Shown here piece after piece: positions 1 through 9,318 of a DNA stretch of 64,000 bases. Every line of letters begins with the position of its first letter. The stretch's first letter is position 1. The position numbers were made by a program, and so were the translations under genes. Origin of the DNA: Pseudomonadota bacterium (GTDB lineage Bacteria; Desulfobacterota; Binatia; Binatales; Binataceae); assembly GCA_021324455.1 (NCBI GenBank), contig JAJPJA010000159.1:39239-103238 (forward strand), given 5' to 3'. The notes beneath the pieces are model-generated. The model searched no databases. It was not told the DNA's origin and saw nothing but the letters and a program-made list of their open reading frames with translations.

Positions 1-64
1 GTTCGGATCTGTCAGGGAGCAGTTTTGATGCCAACCCGGAACGGTTGGACCGATCGAAATCAAT

Positions 65-1411
65 TCAAACGCCGGCCAACGGCAGCCATACCGTGAACTC
101 GCAGCCGTCCGGCAGGTTGCGCACGGTGATCTCGCCCTTATGCAGCCGCACTATCTCCCTGCACAGGTTCAAACCCAGGCCGCTGCCGCCGGCCGCCGGC
201 GCCGCGCCGCGAAAGAAACGCTCGAAGATGTGGGGCAGGTCCGTTTGAGCAATGCCGGGTCCGGTGTCGCGCACGCGAAGCGTCGCATGCTGGTTGTCCT
301 GTTTCAGAGCCAACGCCACAATTCCGCCTTCGGGCGTGAATTTGATCGCGTTGTCGAGCAGATTGATGATCAGACGCTTGAGATGGTCGCGATTTCCGGC
401 CACCGTCAGGCCGCCCTCGCAGCTCGCCTTCAGGCTCAGATGTTTGGACTGAATCAGGGGCTCGATGGCATCGAGCACTTCGCGCGCCAGCTCGCCCAGA
501 TTGACCGCATCGCGCCGCACGTACGCCTCCTCGCTGAGCTGCGCCATGGTGAGCAATTCCTCCGCCGTCGCACACAGCGCGTTAACCTCGCGCAGGGCGG
601 ACTGGATCGCGCCGCGCAGTTCCTCCGGATCGCGCTCGCGATTGAGCGCTATTTCCAGCCCGGTGCGCAGGACCGTGAGCGGCGTGCGCAGTTCATGAGC
701 GGCGTCGGACACAAAGCGCCGCTCGACGATCGACGCGCTCTCCACCCGCTCCAGCAATGCGTTTATCGCGGCGCTCAGGCGGCCGATCTCGTCGCGCGAA
801 TTGGCAATGGCGATGCGCCGGCCGATTTCCCTGGCGTCCATACGGGCCAGTTCGGCGGCCAGCGCGGCGATCGGATCAAGCGAGCGTCCGGCCAGCCAAT
901 AGCCTCCCGCCACCGAGACCAGCAGGACGAGCGGAGTGCCCAGCAGCACAATCGCGCGCAGGCGCGCAATCGAATCGCGCACCGCGGTGGCGTCAACGCC
1001 GTCTTCCAGGACAGCGGGGCGGCCGCCGATCAGAAGCGGCATGACCGCGTACCTGAAAACGCCGTCGGCGCCCTCCACCACACCTTCGCGCGCGCCGCGC
1101 TCGGAGATCGCGGGCAAGCCCGCGCCGAGGTCGCCGGCGTCAGCCAGCACCCGGCCCGCCGCGATCAGGCGCACCCGTTTGCCGGGACCGAGATCGCGCT
1201 CGCGGCTGAGCCGCCGCACGATCGAAACCGCGCCGGAATCGTCGCTACGCGCGATCGCGCCGGCACTGGTGTCCGCCTCCTCGATCAATGCGGCGTCGAG
1301 CGCGGCCCATTGCTGGCGGCTGAAAATCGCGCACACCGCGCCCGCCGCCGCAATCACAATCGCGGCCAGTACCGCGGCCCAGTACAGGGTCAGCCTCTGC
1401 CTGATACTCAT
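65..1411 (-). CDS. HAMP-domain sensor histidine kinase (CusS/QseC-like)
   Basis: Two TM segments, HAMP, H-box FVSDAAHELRTPL, N-box NLLDNAIKF, G-boxes DTGPGI/GSGLGL; overlaps the response regulator stop by 4 nt. Confidence 0.93.
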   Translation of the reverse strand: MSIRQRLTLYWAAVLAAIVIAAAGAVCAIFSRQQWAALDAALIEEADTSAGAIARSDDSGAVSIVRRLSRERDLGPGKRVRLIAAGRVLADAGDLGAGLPAISERGAREGVVEGADGVFRYAVMPLLIGGRPAVLEDGVDATAVRDSIARLRAIVLLGTPLVLLVSVAGGYWLAGRSLDPIAALAAELARMDAREIGRRIAIANSRDEIGRLSAAINALLERVESASIVERRFVSDAAHELRTPLTVLRTGLEIALNRERDPEELRGAIQSALREVNALCATAEELLTMAQLSEEAYVRRDAVNLGELAREVLDAIEPLIQSKHLSLKASCEGGLTVAGNRDHLKRLIINLLDNAIKFTPEGGIVALALKQDNQHATLRVRDTGPGIAQTDLPHIFERFFRGAAPAAGGSGLGLNLCREIVRLHKGEITVRNLPDGCEFTVWLPLAGV

Positions 1412-2091
1412 GCGGGGCGGCGCAGCGAGTAGCCGGCGCCGCGGACGGTTAGGATTAGGGATTCGCTCCCGGCATAGTCGATCTTCTGGCGCAGCCGGTT
1501 GACGAATACCTCGATCAGGTTGGTGAACCCGTTATAACCGGTGCCCCAGGCCACTTCGGCGATCATGTCGCGCGTCACCACTTCGCCCGCATGGCGCATC
1601 AGCAGCTCCAGCAGAATCATTTCCTTGGGCGACAGCGCCAGCTCACGCCGCGACCGCCAGGCCTTGCGCCGGATAGGGTCGAGTTCCAGGTCCGCAACTT
1701 TCAGCATCGCCGCTGGCGCCGCGCTGCGCCGCCGCGCCAGCGCTCTGACCCGCGCCAGCAGTTCAGCGAAGGCGAACGGCTTGACCAGATAGTCGTCCGC
1801 TCCCGAGTCGAGTCCCGTAACGCGTTCGCTCACCGAACCGCGCGCGGTCAGAATCAGCACCGGCGTGGTATTGCCCTGCTGGCGCAAATCGCGCAGAAAT
1901 TCCAGGCCGTCTTTGCCGGGCAGCCGCAGATCCAGCACGATCAGATCGCGGGCCCCGGCGCTCAGTTCGCGCTGCGCGGCCTCGGCGCTGGGCGCCCACG
2001 CCACCGCAAAGCCCTCCTCGGCAAGCCCGCGCCGCAGACTCTCCGCCAAACGGGCTTCGTCCTCAACCAGCAGCAGCGACAGCGGTTGCAT
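1408..2091 (-). CDS. OmpR-family response regulator
   Basis: LLLVEDE, LDLRLP phospho-Asp, GADDYLVKPF, winged-helix end TVRGAGY; start moved to ATG at 2091. Confidence 0.93.
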   Translation of the reverse strand: MQPLSLLLVEDEARLAESLRRGLAEEGFAVAWAPSAEAAQRELSAGARDLIVLDLRLPGKDGLEFLRDLRQQGNTTPVLILTARGSVSERVTGLDSGADDYLVKPFAFAELLARVRALARRRSAAPAAMLKVADLELDPIRRKAWRSRRELALSPKEMILLELLMRHAGEVVTRDMIAEVAWGTGYNGFTNLIEVFVNRLRQKIDYAGSESLILTVRGAGYSLRRPA

Positions 2092-2108
2092 GTCACGATA
2101 ATGCCACG

Positions 2109-2169
2109 GCAAGGGGTGGGGCTGAACCGGGGTCATCGGGATGACCCCCGGTTCAGCCCCACCCCTTGC
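2109..2169. repeat. Near-perfect ~29-bp inverted repeat (long hairpin)
   Basis: GCAAGGGGTGGGGCTGAACCGGGGTCATC pairs with GATGACCCCCGGTTCAGCCCCACCCCTTGC, one bulged C, no U-tract. Confidence 0.9.
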
Positions 2170-2202
2170 GTTATCCCGCAAAACAACAGCGCACGGAGGA
2201 GG

Positions 2203-2655
2203 TCAGCGCAGGGTGTGTTCGCCGCCGACTCCGCCCACGGCAATGGCGGCCATTTTAGTGGGGCGGCCGCTGCGGTTGTGCCATGCATGCATCCCGCCCA
2301 ATTGCACCACGCAGTCGCCCTGCTTCAGATGCGCCTCGGTGCGATCCTGAAAGATCAGATCGATTTCGCCTTCCAGTACGACGAGGTAATCGACGGTCGG
2401 CGTTTTATGCATCACGCCGGCGGAATCGGTCGGCGGAAATTCCACGATACGAAAGCGCGTCTCGCCCGGTTGCAGGTCCATCCGCATGCGATCGAAGCCG
2501 GGAGTGATATCCCGTTCGTTTTTCAGGTCGGGAACGGAGCCGCCGGTGGCCCAGATTTCGGTGACGGAAAAGCCGCCCTGCCCGAAGACTTTGGGCGCCG
2601 CTCCGTCGATCAGCGCGTGGGGTTGGGATTGTCCGCCGACCACTCTTCTGACCAT
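2203..2655 (-). CDS. Cupin domain protein
   Basis: MHKTPTVDY-LEGE and GDCVVQLGGMHAWHN cupin motifs; GGAGG upstream of ATG 2655. Confidence 0.85.
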   Translation of the reverse strand: MVRRVVGGQSQPHALIDGAAPKVFGQGGFSVTEIWATGGSVPDLKNERDITPGFDRMRMDLQPGETRFRIVEFPPTDSAGVMHKTPTVDYLVVLEGEIDLIFQDRTEAHLKQGDCVVQLGGMHAWHNRSGRPTKMAAIAVGGVGGEHTLR

Positions 2656-2672
2656 GATTCGCCCTCCGGCTG

Positions 2673-4079
2673 TTATTCGTCTTTCCAATCCAATTCGCGA
2701 ACATAGCGCGCGAACAGGTCGCCGCGTTCGATGTAGTCCCTGAACAGACCGAAGCTGGGCGAGGCCGGCGAATGCAGACAGATCCGGCCCGGCGGCGTGC
2801 TTCGGTATGCGATCGATACCGCCGTGCGCATATCGGATGCAACGAAGCGTCGAGGCAGTTTCCCGGCCGGGTATTCGCGCTCCATCGCCTGCCAGATGCG
2901 TTCTCCCGAGGGCGGGAACAGGATGACGGTTTCCACCGCGCTTTGCGCCAGCCGCCGCGCCAGCCCGGTCATGTCGAGCCCGCGATCGTATCCGCCCAGC
3001 AGCATCGTGGCGACGCCTTCTCCGAGCGCGTCCAAAGCGGCGATAGCCGCCTGGGGAATGGTCGCCAGCGGATCATTGTAGAAAGCAACGCCGCGGAAGC
3101 TCCCCACCTTTTCCAGCCGGTATGGCAGCGGCTTGAATGCGCGCACCGCCTGCGCGATTGCGTTGGGCGCAGCGCCGAGAACGCGCGCCGCGGTTACGGC
3201 CGCCAACACGTTGTGCAGGTTGAAACGCCCCGCCAGAGGAACCTGTTCAAGCGGCAGGATTGTCTCCGTCCGCCCGCTTTCATCGCGATAGAGCACGCGG
3301 TCCGCTTCCACCCAGCCGCCCGGACCCGGCACGCCGTCCAACCCGAATGCAAACCGCCGCGCCAGGGACGAAGCGGCAATCTCGCGCGGTATCGGATGCG
3401 TCGGGTTGTAGATCAGGAAGTCCCGCCTGGTCTGAAACCGCGTGATGTTTTGCTTGGCGCGCACGTAATTTTCGAATCCGCCGTGCAGGTCCAGATGCTC
3501 CGGCACGATGTCGAGCAGTACCGCGGCGTGCGGGCTCAGGCTGATACCGTCGAGCTGGTAGCTGGACAGCTCCAGAACCAGATAGCTGCCGCGGCCGGCG
3601 GTGCGCAAAAGGCTCAGCGGCGGCACGCCGATGTTGCCTGCCAGGTGCGAATCGAGACCGCCGGCTTTAAGTATCGCATGAATCAGCGACGCCGTAGTGC
3701 TCTTGCCCTTGGTGCCGGTGATGCCAACGGTTGTCCCCACGCAGTTGGCCAGGAAGATTTCGATATGCGAGGTGACCCGCGCGCCCGCTCCGATGGCCTG
3801 CCGGATCGCCGGCGTGATCAGGGGCACTCCGGGCGACCTGACGATCACTTCGTACTGCCGCAGACACTGCAGGTAATTCTCGCCAAGATGGGCGGCCAGA
3901 TTGCGGTCGTGCGCGATGGCGCCGCGCACTTCAGGCGCGAGCCGATCGGCCTCCAGACGATCGGCGACGCCGATCATGCGGTCAGGAAATTCGGCGCGCA
4001 GGAAACGATAGGTCTCCAGTCCCTCGCGCCCCATCCCCAAAATCACAATCCGGCTGCGCCCCAGAACATCGAGCTTCAT
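2673..4079 (-). CDS. murD2: UDP-MurNAc-L-Ala:glutamate ligase, probably L-Glu-specific MurD2
   Basis: RSPGVP, GITGTKGKSTT P-loop, ELSSYQL, EHLDLH, SPASPSF; coupled to murL via ATGA overlap; start set at 4079 (MKLDVLG). Confidence 0.85.
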   Translation of the reverse strand: MKLDVLGRSRIVILGMGREGLETYRFLRAEFPDRMIGVADRLEADRLAPEVRGAIAHDRNLAAHLGENYLQCLRQYEVIVRSPGVPLITPAIRQAIGAGARVTSHIEIFLANCVGTTVGITGTKGKSTTASLIHAILKAGGLDSHLAGNIGVPPLSLLRTAGRGSYLVLELSSYQLDGISLSPHAAVLLDIVPEHLDLHGGFENYVRAKQNITRFQTRRDFLIYNPTHPIPREIAASSLARRFAFGLDGVPGPGGWVEADRVLYRDESGRTETILPLEQVPLAGRFNLHNVLAAVTAARVLGAAPNAIAQAVRAFKPLPYRLEKVGSFRGVAFYNDPLATIPQAAIAALDALGEGVATMLLGGYDRGLDMTGLARRLAQSAVETVILFPPSGERIWQAMEREYPAGKLPRRFVASDMRTAVSIAYRSTPPGRICLHSPASPSFGLFRDYIERGDLFARYVRELDWKDE

Positions 4080-5458
4080 CGGATGGAGAGCTGCCCTTTG
4101 AGCAGCGCCGCGTAGTGCGGCGGCAGGTAATGATTGTCGCTCCACGCGGATAGAATCGAATGCGAGAGCGCGTCGAGGTTGTCTTGCGCGATCATTTCGC
4201 GTTCGACGGCGGCCAGCACAGGCGTTAGCGGCTCGCCGCGCTCCCGCCGCCGCTTGACGCCCAGATGCAGCCCGGCCAGGGTCTCCTCCCGCGTGCCGAC
4301 GCATTCGAACGGTTTCGGTCCGCCGGTTCCCAGCAGCGCGCGTATCAGCGCGATCGCGTGGTCCTGATCGAACAGGTCGCGGCCGAAGATCGCGCGCATC
4401 GCATCCAGCGGCAGGAACGGCGACAGCGAGATGAATACTGACAGGCACTTGGGGCAGCTGCCGCACCATGCGCCTTGATTCTGCGCGCGATTGCAGCTGC
4501 GGAAGGCATGGAAATACTCGCCGCACCCGGCAAACAGCCGGCACACCTGGATTTCGAACAGCGGCCGGAGCAGGCTGAAATAGCCGATCCCCGGAGCCAG
4601 GTGCCTTTCGGCATAGGCGCGCATCGCGGTCTCGAACGCGAAGGTCTTGGAATACTGATGGTTGATCTCGGCGCCGAGGAATTCCACGTTGCCCTCATCC
4701 GCGCTGCGTTCATTGGAGACCACCACGCGGTCGTAGTCGAAAATCATCGCGCAGCTCAGGCCTAAAATCGCCAGCAGCGCCGAGAACGGCGTATGTCCAT
4801 TGAGATAGCCGCGGCCATTGAGCTCCAGCAGGGCCGGATCGAGGGTGCGCCGCACGATGATCGGCCGCGCGCAGCCGCCGATTGCCGCGACCTCAAGCGC
4901 CGCCGGCAGCGGGTTGAGCATCAGGCAGTCGAACTGCTCGCCCAATTCGCGCAGCTCGTGCAGCGTCAAGGCGGAGTCTTTGCCGCCGCTGACCATCACC
5001 AGGGTGCGGCGTGCGCGCCGTCCGGACGGCGGCGGAGCGGCGCGCCGGCGGGGGGTGGGCGCGGCAATATTCAGATAGCCGGCCGGCCTGAAATCTATCC
5101 GGTTGACGTAAAAAAATTCCCCCATCCCCCGCAGCCACACCTCCCGCCACCACTGGATTTGCCAATCATCCAAAGCACCCGCCTCGATCAGCACATCGCG
5201 CGGACAGGCGGCCTTCCAGTAGCTGAGCATCTCGACCATCCCGAGATGGAAGGCGAGGCGCTCGACGACCGCGGGATCGAGGTCGTCGATGCGCGATCGG
5301 TCGATCGACTCGATTACGATCCCGGGCGTGAAGATCAGGTCTGGCTCGAGCTCGAAGCAAAACGCGATCCTGAGGCGGTTGGCGGTCCGCTCCAGGGCAT
5401 AACTGCGGTAAATGAAGCGCGGATGCCTGCGCCGCAGTTCCTCGGCCGTGAACTTCAT
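4076..5458 (-). CDS. murL: UDP-MurNAc-L-Ala-L-Glu epimerase MurL
   Basis: PP-loop SGGKDS, LNGHTPFSA, SNERSADEGN, INHQYSK, RSCN, WCGSCPKC, KPFECVG; adjacent to a MurD-type ligase. Confidence 0.85.
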   Translation of the reverse strand: MKFTAEELRRRHPRFIYRSYALERTANRLRIAFCFELEPDLIFTPGIVIESIDRSRIDDLDPAVVERLAFHLGMVEMLSYWKAACPRDVLIEAGALDDWQIQWWREVWLRGMGEFFYVNRIDFRPAGYLNIAAPTPRRRAAPPPSGRRARRTLVMVSGGKDSALTLHELRELGEQFDCLMLNPLPAALEVAAIGGCARPIIVRRTLDPALLELNGRGYLNGHTPFSALLAILGLSCAMIFDYDRVVVSNERSADEGNVEFLGAEINHQYSKTFAFETAMRAYAERHLAPGIGYFSLLRPLFEIQVCRLFAGCGEYFHAFRSCNRAQNQGAWCGSCPKCLSVFISLSPFLPLDAMRAIFGRDLFDQDHAIALIRALLGTGGPKPFECVGTREETLAGLHLGVKRRRERGEPLTPVLAAVEREMIAQDNLDALSHSILSAWSDNHYLPPHYAALLKGQLSIR

Positions 5459-5494
5459 GAATTTTCGACCCGCACCGGCGCGCTCGGCGGGCAA

Positions 5495-6715
5495 TCAGTT
5501 GCGCAGGATGACCGCGCTGCCCTGGTTCTCGAACGCCCACCCCAGGCAGGCTGCGATATGACCGTCCTTGACCTGGCGGCATCCTTTGGAGCGATCATAG
5601 GTGTGCTTGCCTTCGGCCCAGTTGGGACAGTAGTCGTCCGCGCGATGGCGGAGCTGGCGCACGTTTTCGATCACCATCGCGATGCCATGCGTGTAGCCCT
5701 CCGACAGATGCCCGCCGGAGAGGTTTGACGGCAGCCGCCCGTCAATCTTGAGCGCGCCATCCTTGACGAAATCCCCCGCCTCGCCGTAGCCGCAGAAACC
5801 ATACGCTTCGAGATTGATCAGGCTGGTGAAGGTGAAGGCGTCGTAGGCGGAGACAAAGTCAATGTCTTTCTGGCTGACCCCGGCCATCCCGAACAGCCGC
5901 TGGCGCCCGTAGTTGCCGGCGACGTAATGAATCACCGGGCGCGAATAGTTCCACATCGGATTGTCCGTGGTCATGCGCGCGATGCCGCCCATGATATAGA
6001 CCGGCGGCTGGCGCAGGTCGTACGCGCGTTCGCGCGAGGTGATGATGAGCGCGGCGGCGACGTCGGTTTCAAGACAGCAGTCGAGCAGGCGGAAGGGCTT
6101 GGAGACCCATCGCGAGCGATGATGATCCTCCTTCGTGATCGGCTTGCGCATGATCGCCTTGGGATTGAGCGTGGCGTGGTAGCGATGGGCCACGGCGACT
6201 TCGGCGAACGCATCCGTGGTGTTGCCGGTGTCATGCAGCCAGCGCATCGCCGACATGCCGAAGCGCTGCGCCGGCGTGGTCCATCCGACGGTCATGTTGA
6301 ACTGGCCGTCGCCGGCGGCGGGGGCCTGGCGCACGGGGCCGCCGGGGCTCTGCCCGCCCATCCGCCGGTTCGACCTTCCGTTCATGGAGCGGAACACCAC
6401 GATGGTGTGGCAGCATCCGGCTTCCAGCAACCCGATACATTTCATGATCAGGGCTTCGGTGCTGGAGCCGCCGCCCATGATATCGACCGAGTAGTTCAGC
6501 CGGATGCCGAGCGCGGTCGCGATATGGTTGGAGCTGGTGGAATCCATCGCCTGGTAACTGGTCATGCCGTCGATATCGCGCGGCTGCAGACCGGCGTCGG
6601 CCATCGCCTTGAGCACCGCCTCGCAGCCCATCGACAGCGTGGTCCGGTTGGACGGCCGCATGTGGGGCGTTTCTCCCACGCCCACGATGCAGTACTTGTC
6701 AGTCAGTGTTCCCAT
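5495..6715 (-). CDS. SCP2-type thiolase-like protein (Ltp2-like, no catalytic Cys)
   Basis: IVGVGET, LLDCCLETD, YDAFT, GGHLSEGYTHG; GGGSS in place of the nucleophile Cys motif. Confidence 0.85.
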   Translation of the reverse strand: MGTLTDKYCIVGVGETPHMRPSNRTTLSMGCEAVLKAMADAGLQPRDIDGMTSYQAMDSTSSNHIATALGIRLNYSVDIMGGGSSTEALIMKCIGLLEAGCCHTIVVFRSMNGRSNRRMGGQSPGGPVRQAPAAGDGQFNMTVGWTTPAQRFGMSAMRWLHDTGNTTDAFAEVAVAHRYHATLNPKAIMRKPITKEDHHRSRWVSKPFRLLDCCLETDVAAALIITSRERAYDLRQPPVYIMGGIARMTTDNPMWNYSRPVIHYVAGNYGRQRLFGMAGVSQKDIDFVSAYDAFTFTSLINLEAYGFCGYGEAGDFVKDGALKIDGRLPSNLSGGHLSEGYTHGIAMVIENVRQLRHRADDYCPNWAEGKHTYDRSKGCRQVKDGHIAACLGWAFENQGSAVILRN

Positions 6716-6898
6716 CGTTTCCTCCCGCTCCGGATGCCTTGCAATCGCTTCTGAAAACCGTTTATGCCACGATTTGCCGCGGCTTTCGGCGCAACGCCCG
6801 CAGCCGTCTTCGCGGACGGCGCCGCGATGTTCTGGTATAACCTCTTTTATGGGCGATTAGAAAGTACGGGACGCAAAAACTTCGCCGAGGAATCTGAA

Positions 6899-7255
6899 AT
6901 GGCGGACCTGCTCAGAGAGAAATGCGTAGCATGCCGGCGCGATTCGCCGCGCGTCACCGAGGCCGAAATGAAAGAGCTGGGCGCGGCGATTCCGAAATGG
7001 CAGGTAATCGAACGCGACGGAATCCCACGCCTGGAGCGGATTTTCACATTCCCCGATTTTGCCGGGGCGATCGCCTTCACCAACCGCGTGGCCGCGATCG
7101 CCGAAGAGGAGGGGCATCATCCGGCTCTGCTGACCGAATGGGGCCGGGTCGCGGTAACCTGGTGGACGCACAAGATCCGCGGCCTGCATCGCAACGACTT
7201 CATCATGGCGGCAAAGACCGATGCGATCGCGCGCCAGGCGGGGGTCGAGTCGTAA
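6899..7255 (+). CDS. phhB: Pterin-4-alpha-carbinolamine dehydratase
   Basis: [30 protein letters not shown] signature. Confidence 0.92.
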   Translation: MADLLREKCVACRRDSPRVTEAEMKELGAAIPKWQVIERDGIPRLERIFTFPDFAGAIAFTNRVAAIAEEEGHHPALLTEWGRVAVTWWTHKIRGLHRNDFIMAAKTDAIARQAGVES

Positions 7256-7332
7256 CCTTATTTCAGAAGGCGCGCACCCCGGCGTGCGTGCGGCCGCGCA
7301 CCGACAGGAGTTCCACGCTGCAGGAGACCGGA

Positions 7333-7409
7333 TGGTGGCGGCGGTAGGACTTGAACCTACGACTCCGCGGATATGAGCCGCGTGCTCTAACCAACTGAGC
7401 TACGCCGCC
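7333..7409 (-). tRNA. tRNA-Met(CAT), elongator type
   Basis: Reverse complement GGCGGCGTAGCTCAGTTGGTTAGAGCACGCGGCT-CAT-ATCCGCGGAGTCGTAGGTTCAAGTCCTACCGCCGCCACCA; paired 1:72, encoded CCA; Ile2 not strictly excluded. Confidence 0.92.
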
Positions 7410-7454
7410 ACTGGACAGGACAGATTAGCTGGGGGCCGCGGCGGACGAAAGGGG

Positions 7455-8165
7455 CTAGCGCAGCGCCTTGATTCGATGGCTGCTCACCTTTCTGCTGCCG
7501 CGATTGACCTGGTAGCATCGGCCTTCGGTAAATTCGACGCAGCTCAACTTGCCGCCGTAAACCAGACCCGTGTCGAGCCCGATCTTGTACGGCAGATCCA
7601 GCATCACATCGCGCATCGGGGTATGGCCGAAGATCACCGTATGGCCCAGGTCATGCGGATTGGCGATGAATTCCTGGCGAATCCACAGCATGTCTTCCGC
7701 CTCCTGGTCCTCCAGCGCGCGCAGCGGATGCACGCCGGCGTGGACGAACAGGTAGGGCGGCCGCAGGTAGCTGGTCTCCAGCTTCTGCAGGAAATCGACA
7801 TGGCCGTGCGGCAGTAGCGCCAGCGCCTGGTCGAGATTGGATTCGTCGATATCGTAGCTCGCCATGGTGGCGAAGCCGCCGTTGAACAGGAAGGATTCGC
7901 CATAATGCCCCGGCATCCCGAGGAACGACAGCATCATGTCCTCGTGGTTGCCCTTGAGGAACACGGTATTCGGGTTGTACTGCTTGAATTCAATCAGCAG
8001 GTCGATAACGTCGCGCGCCGACGGTCCGCGATCGACGTAATCGCCGACGAAGATCACGGTATCGCCCGGACCCGCCTCGATCGCGCGCAGCAAAGCATCG
8101 AGCTCCTGCGGGCATCCGTGGATATCGCCGATGGCGAAGACGCGATCTTCCCTTCTCCACGCCAT
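7455..8165 (-). CDS. Calcineurin-like metallophosphoesterase (PphA/ApaH-like)
   Basis: GDIHG, GDYVDRG, GNHE, FVHAG, GHTP, DTG motifs. Confidence 0.92.
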   Translation of the reverse strand: MAWRREDRVFAIGDIHGCPQELDALLRAIEAGPGDTVIFVGDYVDRGPSARDVIDLLIEFKQYNPNTVFLKGNHEDMMLSFLGMPGHYGESFLFNGGFATMASYDIDESNLDQALALLPHGHVDFLQKLETSYLRPPYLFVHAGVHPLRALEDQEAEDMLWIRQEFIANPHDLGHTVIFGHTPMRDVMLDLPYKIGLDTGLVYGGKLSCVEFTEGRCYQVNRGSRKVSSHRIKALR

Positions 8166-8166
8166 G

Positions 8167-9159
8167 TCAGCAGTCTCCCCCGGATTTGCTGAGCAGCGCG
8201 CCGAGCGCCGACGGGTCGTCCAGCAGCATCCGCGCGGCGGCGTAAGGGTTGAGCTTGCCCGCACTGACCGATTCCATGATCTCGTGCGCGCGTCCGTTGC
8301 TCATCGCGTTGCGGGTGCGCTCCTCGATTTGGCCGGTGAGGATTTCGATGAACTCATGGGCGCGATGCTGCCGCTGCGCCTGCGGGTCGGTGTGTTCGCG
8401 CAGATATTCACGATGCTTGTCCAGCTGCGCCACCAGCGCTTCGACTCCGCGGTCATTGGCGGCCTGCGTCAGCAGCACCGGCGGACGCCATCCGTTATCC
8501 GCGCGCAGATGCACGTTGAGCTCGAGCTCGGCCTTGACCCGATCGGCGCCGTCGCGGTCGGCCTTGTTGACCACGAAAATATCGGCAATCTCGTTGAGCC
8601 CGGCCTTCATTATCTGGATACCGTCGCCGCCTTCGGGCACCGTCACCACGACCGTGGTGTGCGCCAGATCCATTATGTCCAGTTCGGTCTGTCCGACCCC
8701 CGCGGTTTCGACGATGATGACGTCGAATTTGAACGCCTCGAGCAGGATGACGATCTGGCGGGCGGCGCGGCTCAGTCCGCCATGGCTGCCGCGCGTGGAC
8801 AGGCTGCGGATGTAGACTCCGGGGTCGGCGTAATGGTCGCCCATGCGCACGCGGTCGCCGAGCACGGCGCCGCCGGAAAACGGGCTGGACGGATCGATGG
8901 CCAGCACCGCGACCTGCTGCTTGCGCGCGCGCAGCCTGTTCACCAGGCGGTCGATCAGCGTTGACTTGCCGGCTCCAGGCGGTCCGGTGACGCCGACGAC
9001 GTGGGCCTGAGCGGCGGGATTGTAGAGCCGCTCCATTACCCGGGCCACGCTGGGATGGCGATTTTCCACCAGCGTAATCAGGCGGGCCAACGCCAGCCGG
9101 TCGCCCGCGGCGAAACGGCCCAGCAGCTGCTCGAGCCGGTTGGTGCTTGCATCGCTCAT
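8167..9159 (-). CDS. meaB: Methylmalonyl-CoA mutase-associated GTPase MeaB/ArgK
   Basis: GPPGAGKST, DPSSPFSGGAVLGDRVRM, ETAGVGQ, NKAD. Confidence 0.93.
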   Translation of the reverse strand: MSDASTNRLEQLLGRFAAGDRLALARLITLVENRHPSVARVMERLYNPAAQAHVVGVTGPPGAGKSTLIDRLVNRLRARKQQVAVLAIDPSSPFSGGAVLGDRVRMGDHYADPGVYIRSLSTRGSHGGLSRAARQIVILLEAFKFDVIIVETAGVGQTELDIMDLAHTTVVVTVPEGGDGIQIMKAGLNEIADIFVVNKADRDGADRVKAELELNVHLRADNGWRPPVLLTQAANDRGVEALVAQLDKHREYLREHTDPQAQRQHRAHEFIEILTGQIEERTRNAMSNGRAHEIMESVSAGKLNPYAAARMLLDDPSALGALLSKSGGDC

Positions 9160-9283
9160 TGAGGTATTAAGGTTAGCCGAAATGCCGATCCAAGTGTATC
9201 ACAACCGGCTCAATCAGACTCGCACAGGATCGGAAGGGAAACAAATCCGGAAGCTGGCTGTTGATTTACGTTGGGCCGGCGTG

Positions 9284-9312
9284 TTGTTTTTGTCCCGAGC
9301 GCTTCGTATGGT
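9284..9312 (+). promoter_or_regulatory. Putative sigma70 promoter, probably giving a leaderless transcript
   Basis: TTGTTT-N17-TATGGT, then 6 nt to ATG 9319 with no SD. Confidence 0.45.
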
Positions 9313-9318
9313 GCGTTC

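Noticed and set aside
7256..7409. tRNA-Met (and tRNA-Gln) as island integration sites
   Set aside because: No integrase and no duplicated tRNA 3' end seen in the window
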